Of a stretch of 64,000 nt of DNA, positions 1 through 13,678 are shown piece after piece. A program made the translations under genes and the position numbers. The stretch lies in NCBI RefSeq assembly GCF_001194135.2, contig NC_068982.1, positions 115,777,824 through 115,841,823 of the forward strand, read 5' to 3'. How positions within the stretch are numbered: the first letter of the stretch is position 1; each line of letters begins with the position of its first letter. A model generated the notes under the pieces. That model was given only the letters and a program-made list of their open reading frames with translations. It had not been told where the DNA came from and searched no databases. This DNA is from Octopus bimaculoides (Eukaryota).

Positions 1-1082
1 CATGATGAAATGCTTGAAGGTGGATTGGGCAACAACGGTGTCCCTGTAAGTTATGTTATGATGAGTATAGTTCACCTGTAGTGAACAATTCATCACTTTA
101 CTCAGTTGGTTCTTCTCACCTGCAAAGTTTTCATCATTTCTTTGTTATTGCATTAGAAAAATTGGATCTTTTTTAAAACGGGGGCCACATTTTTCATTAA
201 TGTTTTACGTAGTGCTTTTGGTACCGAAAGACTTTCAAACTTCGTATACTTATCTATTTTGTGTTATAGAACAGAAAAATATTTTTGTATTCGAATTTAT
301 TTCATGTAAAAAATTGTCTTATTTCGATAATTTCAACCAATCACTGACGTCCATTCAGCCGATATACATTAAGTGCCGACTACATAAACAAACGATTCTT
401 CGTTTTATTTGCTTTTTTCATTTTAAATTTGCTCTAACCCTAACTCTAACCCTAGGGTTAGGGTTAGGGTTAGAGTTAGGGTTAGGGTTAGGGTTAATTG
501 TTTCAGAATCGTTTGTTTATGTAGTCGGCACTTAATGTATATCGGCTGAATGGACGTCAGTGATTGGTTGAAATTACAGAAATACGACAACTTTAACATG
601 GAATAATTTATGGATTTCTTTTTTTTTTAAGAAGACTAAGAGAAAAAGATGTTTTATATGACACATTCTACCAGTGATCCAAGTTTCAAAGTGTTTCGTT
701 AATGAAAAATGTGGCCCCCGTTTTAAAAAAGATCCGAAAAATTTATGTTTGACACAATCTGTATTGGTTCTGCACCAATTAGTGAAAATATAAAACAGCA
801 ATTAACCAGATTCATCTGTTATGAATATGGATACAAGATTATCCAAAAACTTAGTCACTGGTGATATGACAGAACTGTAGGGAACATCTAAACACTATAG
901 AACTATAGGAAGGAATTTCAGATTCCCTGAAAGTCACAGAATGGTCGGTAGTTCTGGTAAGGCACTGGCTGATGTGGAAATTTAAAATCTATCGAGCCCA
1001 TGTACAGCTTGAGAAAAACACTTCTGTAGTAGTTACTGTCATGGTCAGGGTTATGATTATGGTTGTTGTTATGGTGGTGCAG

Positions 1083-1114
<32 letters not shown>

Positions 1115-3170
1115 GGTGGTGGTGGTGGTGATGGTAGTAGTTGTGGTGATTGTGGTGGTGGAGGTGGAGGGTGATTTTGGTAGTGGCAGTGGTAGTTGTT
1201 GCAATGAATGTGGTGGTAATGGTGGTGATGTTTGTAGTCATGGTGGTGTTTGTGGTGGTGGTGGTGGCAGTAGTGTGTAAAATCATGACTCATGAAAGTG
1301 ACACAAATGCCAACAACAACAACAACAGCAACATATATGTAGCAACAATAAACACTTCAACACTGAGGAAGCCTCTATCTATTTGGTTGCTCATCTTGTA
1401 AGAAATAACAACCAAATACTGCTAAAAATATCACACCACACACACACACATGGGATGTATATATACATAGGAGTCCCAGGGTTTTGAGGAATGTGGAACC
1501 ACTTCTTAACTACTACTGTTCCCAAGTCAACTCTAACCTGGAGTAGTAGCACCTATTAGAGTCCTAACTATGGGTTAACTAGTATGTTGACTAAGCCTTG
1601 CCTTACCTTCCTTTCGTCATCAAATTCAGAACAGCCTCTGTTCCAGCATCTGGTGGCTGCCCTGGTCACACACCCTCTGCATCTATTCGACATTTGGTGG
1701 CAAGTTGTGTGTTTTGTTCAGCTATTAGCTACAACAGAATAAAGCCAAATGGGCTGCCCCACTACTGTAGACACAGCAGCTTGCTGTAGTTTGTTACCGA
1801 CCCTAGTTGTCCTGAATGTCCTCTTTGCCATTGGAGCAATCATGGATAAGTCATGCTGTGTGGTGAAGAATTGTGCACCCTTCTCATCACTGGAAGCAAA
1901 TATTTGCACAGACTTTGATCCATCTCGATCCATCTCGATCCATCTCATATATGGGATGATTAAAGTTGAAATCTTTGATCATATGTCTGGTCAATCATTG
2001 TAGATCTGGGGCTAAACAACAGCCATAACAATACATTTTATCAAGCTATTGTTGTAGCAACAGCACTCTCTGCTATAAGATCAGGCATAGCTGTGTGGTT
2101 AAGAAGTTCACTTCACAACTGCATAATCATTGTATGGTACCTTGGGCAAATGTTTTGTACCTTAGTCTTGGGTTGTCTAGGTCATTGTGAATTGCATGTG
2201 TGTGTGTGCATCTGTATCTCTTTCACTGCATACTTGTGAAAGATTTAAACAGACTATGAAAATGAAAAGCTTGTGCTTTTCAGTTGAAGATCATTACAAT
2301 ATTTGCTCAGCATTACCTTGCACACACTCCTTTGTTATAGTCACCATAAAAAATGTTGTGAATCAGTCATTGGTCTGTTAGAAAACTGAACCAAAGAAAC
2401 TATTGTTCACCAAATTCCAATATAATATAAATATAAATAACAATAATAACAAAACCATAAGAAATATCAACAATAGATACAAAACCGATAATAATTATCT
2501 TAGTTCAATTAATCTACTCAAATTAACCTACCTGGATCATTCAGCTGATTACTCTTCTAAGACTATAGAAGTGTTATTCTATAGGGATTACTTCAATAGT
2601 ATTAAACAAGGGTAATTCTACCCACTGTTCCTCTTTCTGTTTTACAGCCCATTATATTCACCTTTGATGAGGTCCCCCCTGATGGTAATGCAATATCACA
2701 AGAAAACCTGCACATGGCATCTTTGGGTGGCAGTCATGGCAGAGAACATGTAAGTCCTATGCTTTCGGCGCAACAATAACTGAAACAGATTTTTGATACA
2801 GTATCAGGAATTTTGATACAATATCATTCAGGAGAGAAAGAATATGCATGCATATATATATATTCAGCTATACAGACATATATATATATGTGAGTGTGTG
2901 TGCACGTGTGCGCGCGCGCATGTATGTATATATATACATATATATATATACACACCATGACCCAGACTTCATGAAGACTATCATCACTAGTGATGAGACA
3001 TGAGTTTATAGTCTCTGTTTGATTTGTTCACTCATCTTATGTGAAAGCGAAAATCCAACAAGCATGCACTACATGGTTGTACTTTAGACATAACAGCCAG
3101 GAGCTGATGCAGCCTACCAGAGCAAAAATTTGGACAGGAAAAATTAAAGTCAGATAGTTATTGAATGCAC

Positions 3171-3219
<49 letters not shown>

Positions 3220-3373
3220 ATGTGTTTGTGCATACTGCATGTGTCATCATTATCATCATTATCATCATCCTCATCATTTAACATTCGTTGTCCATGCCAT
3301 CCAACCCATGCCTGCATGGACAATGGACATTAAATGTTGATGATGATGATGATAATGATACATGTAGTATGCT

Positions 3374-3411
<38 letters not shown>

Positions 3412-3538
3412 TATGAGGTGTGTTCAAAAACTATCCAACTTTAATTTTTCCTGTCCAAACTAATTCCATGAGCACAAAATCCTTTGGGTGGAAGGTGATG
3501 TCACCCTTCTTGNNNNNNNNNNNNNNNNNNNNNNNNNN

Positions 3539-3587
<49 letters not shown>

Positions 3588-4553
3588 TATGAGGTGTGTT
3601 CAAAAACTATCCAACTTTAATTTTTCCTGTCCAAACTAATTCCATGAGCACAAAATCCTTTGGGTGGAAGGTGATGTCACCCTTCTTGCATATGCATGTA
3701 AATTTTTGCTCTGGTAGGCTGCGTCAATTCTTGGCTGTTACGCCTAGAGTACAGGCATGTAGTGTATGCTTGTTGGATTTTCGTTTTCACATTAGATGAG
3801 TGAACATGTCAAGCAGAGACCATAAAGCCATCTCTCATTACTAATGATAATAGTCATCATGAAGTCTGGGTCATAGTTTGCATAGTCCAGCAAGTCCTGA
3901 GCGATTTCCAAGCAGAGCTGCTTCTACTGCTATCCTAGAACCTTGGGAATGCATTTTGCCAACACCTTCTGCATTCACAAATCATCATTAAAATAGAATG
4001 CACTGATCTTGTTTTTATTCCCACTTTGCGAGCAATTTTCTGGGTTGTTACATGATGGTCTTCCATGAATATTTACTGAATGTTCCCAACCAGTTCCTCG
4101 TTTTGGCTTGTGGTTGACCTGCCTGAGCATGCCTCACTCTCTACTGAGGTGCAGCCATGTTTGAAATGATTGTACCACTCCTTGATCTGAGTCTTGCCCA
4201 TGGCATCATTGCCAAAAGCCTGTCAAATCTTTTGGATGGTTTGAGCTTGAGTATCATGAAGCTTTTAGCAAAACTTGATGCAATATCTCAGCTCAATGTG
4301 TTCTGTAGAAATGAAAATCTGATGAGTGTGCACTACATGCCTGTACTCTAAGGCATAACAATCCAGAACTGATGCAACCTATTGGTACAAAAATTTTCAA
4401 GCATGTACAGGTAGGGTGTACGTTCCCACTCAAAGGATTTTGCTTATGTAGCATTAGTTTTGGTGGGCAAAAAAAAAGTCAAATACTTTTTGAACGCACC
4501 TCATATACATATGTGTGTGTGTATGAGTAAGTATGTGTGCGCATATAATATAC

Positions 4554-4584
<31 letters not shown>

Positions 4585-7500
4585 GGGGAGAGAGAGAAAG
4601 AGTGAATAAATGGCAGATTCCTGAACATTTGAATATAAATTCAATGCTACTGGATATGCAGTTTGATGCATTATCATGATGACTGCAATCATCAGGGTGT
4701 GGATGCAATCAATCATCATGATGTTCATCAATCTATGCATTGATACAGTTGAGAGTGTGAATATCATTCTGTGCACCATTATCAAATGTTTGCACAATTA
4801 TCTGTGGGTGCGTGATGGTCAAATGTTAGCAAAATTATCTATGAGTGTGTGATTATCCATGTTGCACAATTATCAGGGGATGTGCACTCATTGGTAGCCC
4901 ATAAATATCAGTGGGTGTATGAATATCATGGGTGTGCAAATATAAGTGGGTGCGCAATAATCAGTAAGTTCAGGATTACAGTAAATTTGATTACCAGTGT
5001 ATTGGTATGTGCATGATTATCAGTCACTTCATGAATATAAATATGTGTATGGATATCAGTGCATGCACAAATATCAGCATGTACATAGATATCAAAGGGT
5101 GTACAAAAATTATCAGGGAATGTGCAATCATCAGTAGTGCGCAATTATTAGTGGGTGTGGAAATACCAGTAAATTTGATTACTAGTATATTGGCATGTGC
5201 GCGATTATCAATGGCTATGTTAATATAAATATGTATATAGATATCAGTGGGTGCACGAATATCAGTATGTACACAGATATTTCTGGGTATGTTAATATCT
5301 GTGGCTGCGTGATCATCAGTAGGTGTGCCACTATCAGTGGTTGCACAACAGCCTTCTCATGTCTTCAATTTTCAATGTTTGTGTTTCGCTGTCATCCGAC
5401 ATAGTATTATACTATCTACCCTTCACTTAAAGATAGATTCCATTTGTTATCAGCAGAAATAGTAGCACCATGAACTCTCTTCACCCTGTTCTTAACCTGT
5501 TTCAGAGCACGTACCGTTTTTGTTAATTAGGTTACCTAAGTGAAAGAAGTTATCAACTAATACTGTAGACGTGTTAGTATCTGAAAGAATTCATTTTACA
5601 AGTGTATTTACTGGTGACTATTCCTGTGCATCTTCAACTTATAAAGTCTGTCTTGCTTGTCATCCAATCTGTCATCCTTCTGGATCTCCTGTACACTGGA
5701 AGTTTACACTTGCTACAGTGTGGAATTCTTTTGAACTCCTTTTCTGCACACCAAGCATGTCCACTTCCTGAATGGCAGAAGCAAGTAATTTTCTTTCCTG
5801 TCAGAACTTTTAATCTTTGCTAGATTTACTTTACGGACTCTTGATTCTAGGCTTGGCTTCCATGTTTGAGATTTCTAAACCATTGATAGATTTAGCTTTG
5901 AGAACTAAGTCATTGGAATATTGGAGTTCAAATGGACAGCTGATTTTTTAAGACTCCTCTGTCATGGCCTTGTAATAAACAGCAGTGGGATGAAAATCAT
6001 GCCCGGATGGACACCTGCCTGCACACTAAAATTCCTTGTTGAATTCATTGCCAACTCTCACCTTGTTGACAGTATTTCTGTATTTGGTTTATGACAGCAT
6101 TTCTGTACTTGGCTCTCGTACATATGAAGTTGTTTGAGCATGACCAAATATAGTAATTTAGCCATACCAAAATTTGCTATTTGTTCTGTTTTGTTGAGCT
6201 GAAACTATTATAGTTTCCTCACCATCAAGAAGTTGGATGAAAACAGTGTTGTTGCCTTAGATATCAGCAAAGCTTTCGGCCATATGTAGTACATGAATCT
6301 ATTTATGACACTTCCCATCTTAGGCTCTTAATCTTTTGTCACTTTGATGAATATCTTCTAATTTGCACAATTGTGGTGGTACATACTGAGGTAACTCTCT
6401 CTGATCTACACTTAATCATCTGTGATGTGCTCCAAGGTTCAATTTACCTCCCTCACTCTTCAGTCAAAACATTAACTACCTATTTGCAGTCACTCCATCC
6501 CTCTGAACATGAACTGCATGGAATTAGAACCTTCAAACTCAGGGCTAGTGCCTAGCCTGTCCTGTAATGTACTCCCTGTCTCATAACCTGACAAAATGCT
6601 CCTTCTTCCATTCCAATAATATGTAGTCCCTTCTCTCAGTCCTACATGGTACATCCTCTTCTCTCAGTCCTGCAATGTACTCTTCCTTCTTCCAATCCTA
6701 CAATATAATTCTCCTTCTCTCAGCCTTATAGTGACTATCCCTCTTTTAATAATTTTTTCTACAAATTCTTCCAGTGAACACCTTCTTTACATTCCCTTCT
6801 TGCATATGTTTTTTTCTTTGTAACCATTGACTTGGGGCTTTTGAAGAAGTATGTTAACCGCAGCAGTTGCACTGGTTTCAAACCAGTCTAATCAAAATAT
6901 AAATAAAAATTAATATTTAATATTTTTTACAGCCAGATCAATTCATGTATGATACAGTTTCTCAACGCCCTGAAACCCCTGCACCTTATTCTGAGAGGAA
7001 TAGTCGCAGGAGTGGAGTAAGTGAAATCTTAAAGCATCTGCATCTGTTAATTTCATTTTGTAGCGACTGCTTAGTGATTGGTAGATTTCTTACTTTAAAT
7101 GGTTAAGACACTTTAATGTTCAAGTGGGAAATATTCCAATTTAACTAGGGTAAATGATAGCTTATATTAAAAATCTTACAAAACCTTTATATATTTTTTT
7201 ACTTGTTTCAGTCATTAGACTGCGGCCATGCTGGGGTGGTACGTTGAAGAAATTTTAGTTAAATGAATCAACTTCATTATTCGTTTTTTAAAGCCTGGTA
7301 CTTATTCTCTTGGTGTCTTATACTGAACTACTAAGTTATGGAAACATAAACACATCAACACTGAATGTCAAGCAGCAGTGTGAGACAAAAACAAACACAC
7401 ATAGATATATAAATGGCTTCTTTCAGTTTCCATGTACCAAATCCAGTCACAAGGCCTTGGTTGGCCCAAGGCTATAGTAGAAAACACTTGCTGAAGGTGA

Positions 7501-9304
7501 TGTGCAGTGGAACTGAACCTGGAATTATGTGGTTGGGAAGCAAAACTCTTACCACACAGCCATGCCTGCATTTTGTTAATGTAACTAATATTATTTACAG
7601 TATAATGTTTTATTAATATAAATATTACTTACAATATAAAGTTTTTGTTAATTTAAATAATATTACTTACAAAATAATGTTTTGTTAATATAGTATTACT
7701 TACCATTTAAAGTTTTTCTTAACGTGAATAATGTTACTTACAATATAGTGTTTTGTTTATATATCACTTATAATATGTTTTATTAATATAAATGATATTA
7801 CCTACTATATAAGATTTACAATATAAGGTTTTGTCAGTGTAACTCTTACAATATTATATTTATTTCATAATGTTTTCTTCATATAGATGACATTACTGAC
7901 AAGATATTACTTACACTATAAGGTTTTGTTGATATAAATAATAGTACTTACAATATAAGGTAAATGAGATGACTTAATATAGACGTAGAAGTATCAGTGA
8001 TTGGAAAGAAATGGAAGAACATCACACTACATGCTTAACACTTGTTAACTTGGCTCTTCTCCCTTCTGAATGTTAATGTAGCAAGTGCCAGAATTATCTT
8101 TCGGCCTACTAAAAGAACAATACTATACTAGAGCTTATTCTAGAACTTATGCTACGTTCACTATGAAAATAGCCATTTGTACCTTGTTCAAAGAAATTCC
8201 TTTTACAAAGTGCTGGAAAGAAGATGAATTTGATACATGCTGTATAGAGCTGAACTAAATATACTATGTTATTTGGTTTTGTTTTCTTCATTTCAAGTTC
8301 AAATCCTGCTTAAGTTTAAATTTACCATTTGTTCATCTAGTAATACACTCAGCTGTCTTAACAGCCCTCTTTGAATCAAACATTTGGCTTGATACCTTGT
8401 CTAAGGAAATCAGTATTTGAAGACAAGGAAAAAAAACTCCAGTAAAGTAAACTGGCAGGCCAAAAAATCTAAGGACTTGTCTTCCTTGATTGCAAGATTA
8501 AGTTTAGCTTTCATTTCTGAGGATTGATTAAATAAATACCTATGTTATACTGGAATCAGTTGCAACCCTGTGACTGTCTCCAACAAAAACTGACCACATG
8601 CCTAGTAACCAACATCTTTCATTTGTGATCTGGTTTTCTTTCATTCATTTCAATGTACCGTTGTGGTCACCCTCTAATAAATTTCAGGCTTTATTATGAA
8701 CAAATTCTATAATACAAACTGAAATCAATGTAGAAAACACTATAAATTGAAAAGCAGTAAAATAAAAAGCAACAGTTTAAAATTTTTATGTAGTTTAACC
8801 TCTTTAAAGTGGTTTTATGGAACACAACAGCCTCTCCGAGAGTTGTGGTGGAAAGTATTTCTCAGTGGAACCTGGTTGCAAGACTATTATAGGTTCAAAT
8901 ACGAAATTAATAACAGTAAGCTACCCAATAACTGAAATATAATATTTGAGTGTCCCCTTTATAACTGATGCCTTTCTCAGAGTACAAGACTCCCAGACAT
9001 AAGAACAAGGCCACTGATTTCTGATTTCTAGCTCAGTTCCTCATGAAGAGCAGATTAGAGAAAGAAGTTAACTCCTTAATCCTAGTTTCATCTCTTTACC
9101 ACTGTAATTTAAACATCAGTAATATGTAAAACAAAAACAAAAGAAAACAATATAAAATTATGATAATGACAAAATAGAAACAACAAAAAAAATAATGATG
9201 AGGATGATGATGACAATGATGATAATGATGATGATCGTAATAATGATAATAATAGCAATAACAATAATGATAACATTAAAAGCAACAACAACAACAACAA
9301 CAAC

Positions 9305-9365
<61 letters not shown>

Positions 9366-9873
9366 TGCCAACACTATGGAATAACAACAGAAAAAAGATG
9401 GTATAAACACACGCCAGAAAAGGTCACAGAAAACGAGAAAGCAACCATACTCTGGGATATGCCAATACACACAGATAGAGAAATTAAGGCAAATAGACCA
9501 GATATAGTTGTCAAAGATCATGAAGGAAAAAAATGCTTTCTAATTGATGTATCAATACCAGCAGATGACAACGTTTCTCGAAAAGAAATGGAAAAACTTT
9601 CAAAATANNNNNNNNNNNNNNNNNNNNNNNNNNNNNNNNNNNNNNNNNNNNNNNNNNNNNNNNNNNNNNNNNNNNNNNNNNNNNNNNNNNNNNNNNNNNN
9701 NNNNNNNNNNNNNNNNNNNNNNNNNNNNNNGGGTACTGCACACATTCTACGCAAAACACTTTCAATACAGTAAACATAAGAGCACCACAGCAAACCACAG
9801 CACATACCCAAGGCGCACAGAGCTACGCTCGGTAGTGAAGTGAAAGCACGTTATAAAAATAAAACTACTGAAC

Positions 9874-9905
<32 letters not shown>

Positions 9906-12900
9906 TAATAATAATAATAATAATAATAATAATAGCTTTTAACATCTTTTTTTATCTTGCATGTCACTTGTTATGATCTTTTGTCATCTTTTCCATAATA
10001 CTCAAAATATTAATGATAATTATAATAATAACAATAATAACAGTCACCAATAGAAAACATCATCATCATCATCGTTATTCTCAAATTGGTCATGTTACTA
10101 CTATAGAGAGACTAACATATTTTGACTAACATTTTTCTTTTATACAGCAAAATGAACCTGCATTTGATTCTGCATCTTATGGAGGAGGTTCTGCTTATGA
10201 TGGAGGAATGCTCACACAATATCCTGGGAGTAACAGTGGGAGTGTTCATCAAGAAAGACTCCACACACCTTACTCTAGGAGTATGGGTGATGTGAGTGAA
10301 CCACAGGGAGAACTAGTTTCACCACATTCTCATGATCGTAGTGGCAAAAGATTTGCCCCTTATGTTCAAGAATACGCTCATGGAAGTAGTGTAAGTCTTA
10401 TTTCCAACAACAAAATTCTTTATTATTTAGGAAGGAGGAGGAGGAAGAGGAGGAGCATTGAATTCAATTCTGCTGGTAGAAAATCAGATTGTTTGATGAC
10501 ATATATTTCCTGTTTCAAACTGAGACAGTCAATTTTGCTCTTTTTTTCTTGTGGAACACATTGGTATAAGTACCTGTAATATAATACAATAAGATCAATC
10601 AACTACAATTATTCCTTTTAGTAAAAATGGATTCGTAAACCATAGAGGAATATTAGACCAAACCAAACTTGGATAGATTTGAAATGCAGTTCCTTGGCCA
10701 ACATTTTTTTGTTATTCATTTATTGTGCCAGTAATATACTGGAGTTAAGGTCCACTGGTTGTTGTCTCAGGAGTATCAAAAGAAAAGAAATATAGAGAAA
10801 GTTTTTTTTTTGCTTTAAAATGAATATTTTCAGTATTTTATTTTTTGGTTACCTTTATTTTTTTCACTGTTATTGTGTTGCCCTGTTTGGGTCTACTAGA
10901 ATATGTCTAAGGTACAAAGATAGACAATAGTAGAAAGTACTTAATGAGTGTTTCTAAATCTGACCATCTTGCTTATTGTGGGTTCTTATTGTTTTATGAC
11001 AATGATGGTGAACGTATTAAACTTAATATGTTGAAATTTTAATTTTTAGGACTAATTTAGCTACTGCTTCTTAAATTGAAATAACAACGAGCAGCCTTAA
11101 TTGATCTTCAAACCTTATTGGGTTCTCACCAGAGTTCTACATCAATTTAACCAATTCCAGGGAAACAAACAGCTGATCTGTTTATATAGAAAACAATTAC
11201 AGTAGCTGGAAACTATCTGTGTTTTAATGGAATAGTTACATTGATGAAAGAATATTTATTGATTACAACATTCAATAGATAAAGAATATTCACATTTTTT
11301 CTCTATGCTTGTGAATATTCTTTAACTATGACTAATTTTGTTACATTCTGTTGGCAAATACAGGAGACAAGTATGAATTCATTATGTGTGAGTGGGATGG
11401 TAGTGCATGGCTTCGTATAAAACACCAATTTAACATGAATATGATGCTTGATCAAACTATGACACTAACACCAATCTGATCAGCTTAATTTCTCAGGACA
11501 GCTCTTGCGAAACAAATTTCTGAGCAAAGCTATTCCAGCCATTATTACCATTCTATCTTTTGTTCTTGACATTGTATCAGGACTACATTGTCAAATGTGA
11601 TCTTCCTTTTTTAAAGATAGTAACGATGTGATTTGAGAGTAATTTGCCTACTGTTTCTAGCAGGCTAAGCAATTGCATAGAAGCTCAGGTTCATTCCATG
11701 CAATCAATGTTGAGACAGGCAGTCTTCTTGTCATTACCTGCCTCTTTGTAATGCCTACATGAATTGAATCAGGAACTGTGATTTTAAGTTCCAAGCATAT
11801 ATGAGTCTCCCATGTCCATTGGTCATTCTACCAATGCATTTAATGATTAATCTATATCAGTCTAGAAATGCCCATGTTATGGTGGTCATTCTATACATAA
11901 TTAGTTTTAAAAGACAAAATGTCTCTATCACAGATGAATAGCTATATGATGCCAACACCATTAATAGTTCTGATTTAGAATGGTCTTTGTTTTTTAGTAT
12001 GTTTCATAATCCTTACTATTTTCCAAAAATAGAATAATTATCATCTGAAGTGAGTATTTGATATTGTATTGACACTCTGGTAACTCACTCATTGTGTACG
12101 TACCTGCTTAGCTTCCATGACTTTGAAGCTTTCGTTTTCAACAGTTCTGTTATAGGGATAAGTTGTAACACTAGTATTAAGTTATGACATGAAGATAATT
12201 TGTGACACAAAGGTAAGTTGTGACAGGAAGGGTAAGTTATGGCATGATGGTTAAGTTGTTACACTGATGGTAAGTTGTGACACTATCGGTAAGTTGTTAT
12301 ATGATGGTTATATTTACATTGTTGGTATGTTGTGACATTGAGGTTGTTTTCTTTTAAGATTTAATCATAAGAAGGTTGTTTTTTAAGTTTTAATCATGAG
12401 AAGAGGAGCAGCATCCATGATCTTCTGCAGAGCTTCTTAAGCATGTGTAAGACAATTAATTTGAGATCAAAGACCAGGCACAAATGTTTGTAGCAGACTG
12501 GACTTTACTAAAGATGCTCAATGGCCAGGTGGTGATATTAAAGTGTGCAATGGATTATTTTACCACACAAGAACAGGAACAAGCATTCCAATAGGTTTCC
12601 ATACAGTTTCTGTCCATCAAATTTCACACACCTGACCCTAGGCTGTGGCAGAAAACACTTGTCCAAAGTGTCACACAGCTGGATCAAATATGGAGGGTTG
12701 AAGACTAGATGTATGCTGCTTAGCTGCATGTAAACATTGGTCAAGAAACTTGCGAAAAGCTTTCCAGCCATAACCAACCTGTATTTTTCTTATATATTTA
12801 GCTACAGATATGATACAGAGTTCACTTCATAACCACATAGATTTGAGTTCTATTCCATTGTGTTGCATCTTGGAAAAGTGCCTACTACTATAGGTTTAGA

Positions 12901-13644
12901 CTGGCCAATGCTTTATGAGTGAAATTGGTAGAAGGAAACTGTATGGAAGGCTGTTTCACACACACACACACACACTATGAATGTATGTGTGTGCTTATGT
13001 GAGTGTATGTGTGTGCGTGCATGAATGTTCACATTCCATGTGTTTTTACATGAGTTTCTTTGGACAAAACAGTGATGTCTTGGTTACATCCCTTGTAAAC
13101 ACTCTGTTCAGTGGCCCTGTGCTATGGACTTGTAATTACCAGTGTAATACCTTACTAAAAAATTGAGGGCTGACAATCGGATGGGTATCTGCTTGAATAT
13201 ACTGCCACAATAAGCTCTCGTCCAACCTATACTAGATGTAAAATGAATGAATGAATGAACAAACTACATTATCTAGTATCTAAATCCTATATTTCAAGAT
13301 GATAGGATGTGATTTGAGGGAGACCTGGCTGCTATTGTCAGCAGATTGAACAACTACATACAGACTCCATTGTTAATGGTGAATCTATCAAGTAATATGA
13401 AGTAATTTGTGGTATACTTTAAATATTGTATTGATACAGACACACACACATCATATATTGTATTGAAAACATGATGGTGTTTTAGTTTTCTTATTTTTGA
13501 GTTCTTAACAATTTTTTTGACAACACAATATCTATCATCAACATAATGATGTAAATGAAAATTTTAAATAGACTGCAAGAATTCATGATGAAAGCAAAAC
13601 AACTTTGAAATGGTATGCTTTCAATATGCTTGAAAGATGTTCCC

Positions 13645-13678
<34 letters not shown>

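Noticed and set aside
434-496. Telomere-to-telomere chromosome fusion scar
   Set aside because: The orientation is (CCCTAA)n-(TTAGGG)n, opposite to an end-to-end fusion. The tract is only ~60 bp and sits symmetrically inside a foldback element.
800-880. Extra exon of the plus-strand gene
   Set aside because: No acceptor/donor pair gives the phase 0-0 open frame needed between exons 1-45 and 2648-2749.
918-1401. His/Thr/Val-rich ORFs (also 52902-53347 and 63719-63999)
   Set aside because: They are translations of microsatellites, with no splice context or domain.
1590-2000. Small protein-coding gene or novel ncRNA
   Set aside because: All frames are short or stop-interrupted. It looks like a decayed retroelement-derived segment that I cannot assign confidently.
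3376-3690. Apparent tandem duplication of a mariner left end
   Set aside because: 3376-3512 is repeated identically right after a short N gap, the typical signature of an unmerged contig overlap.
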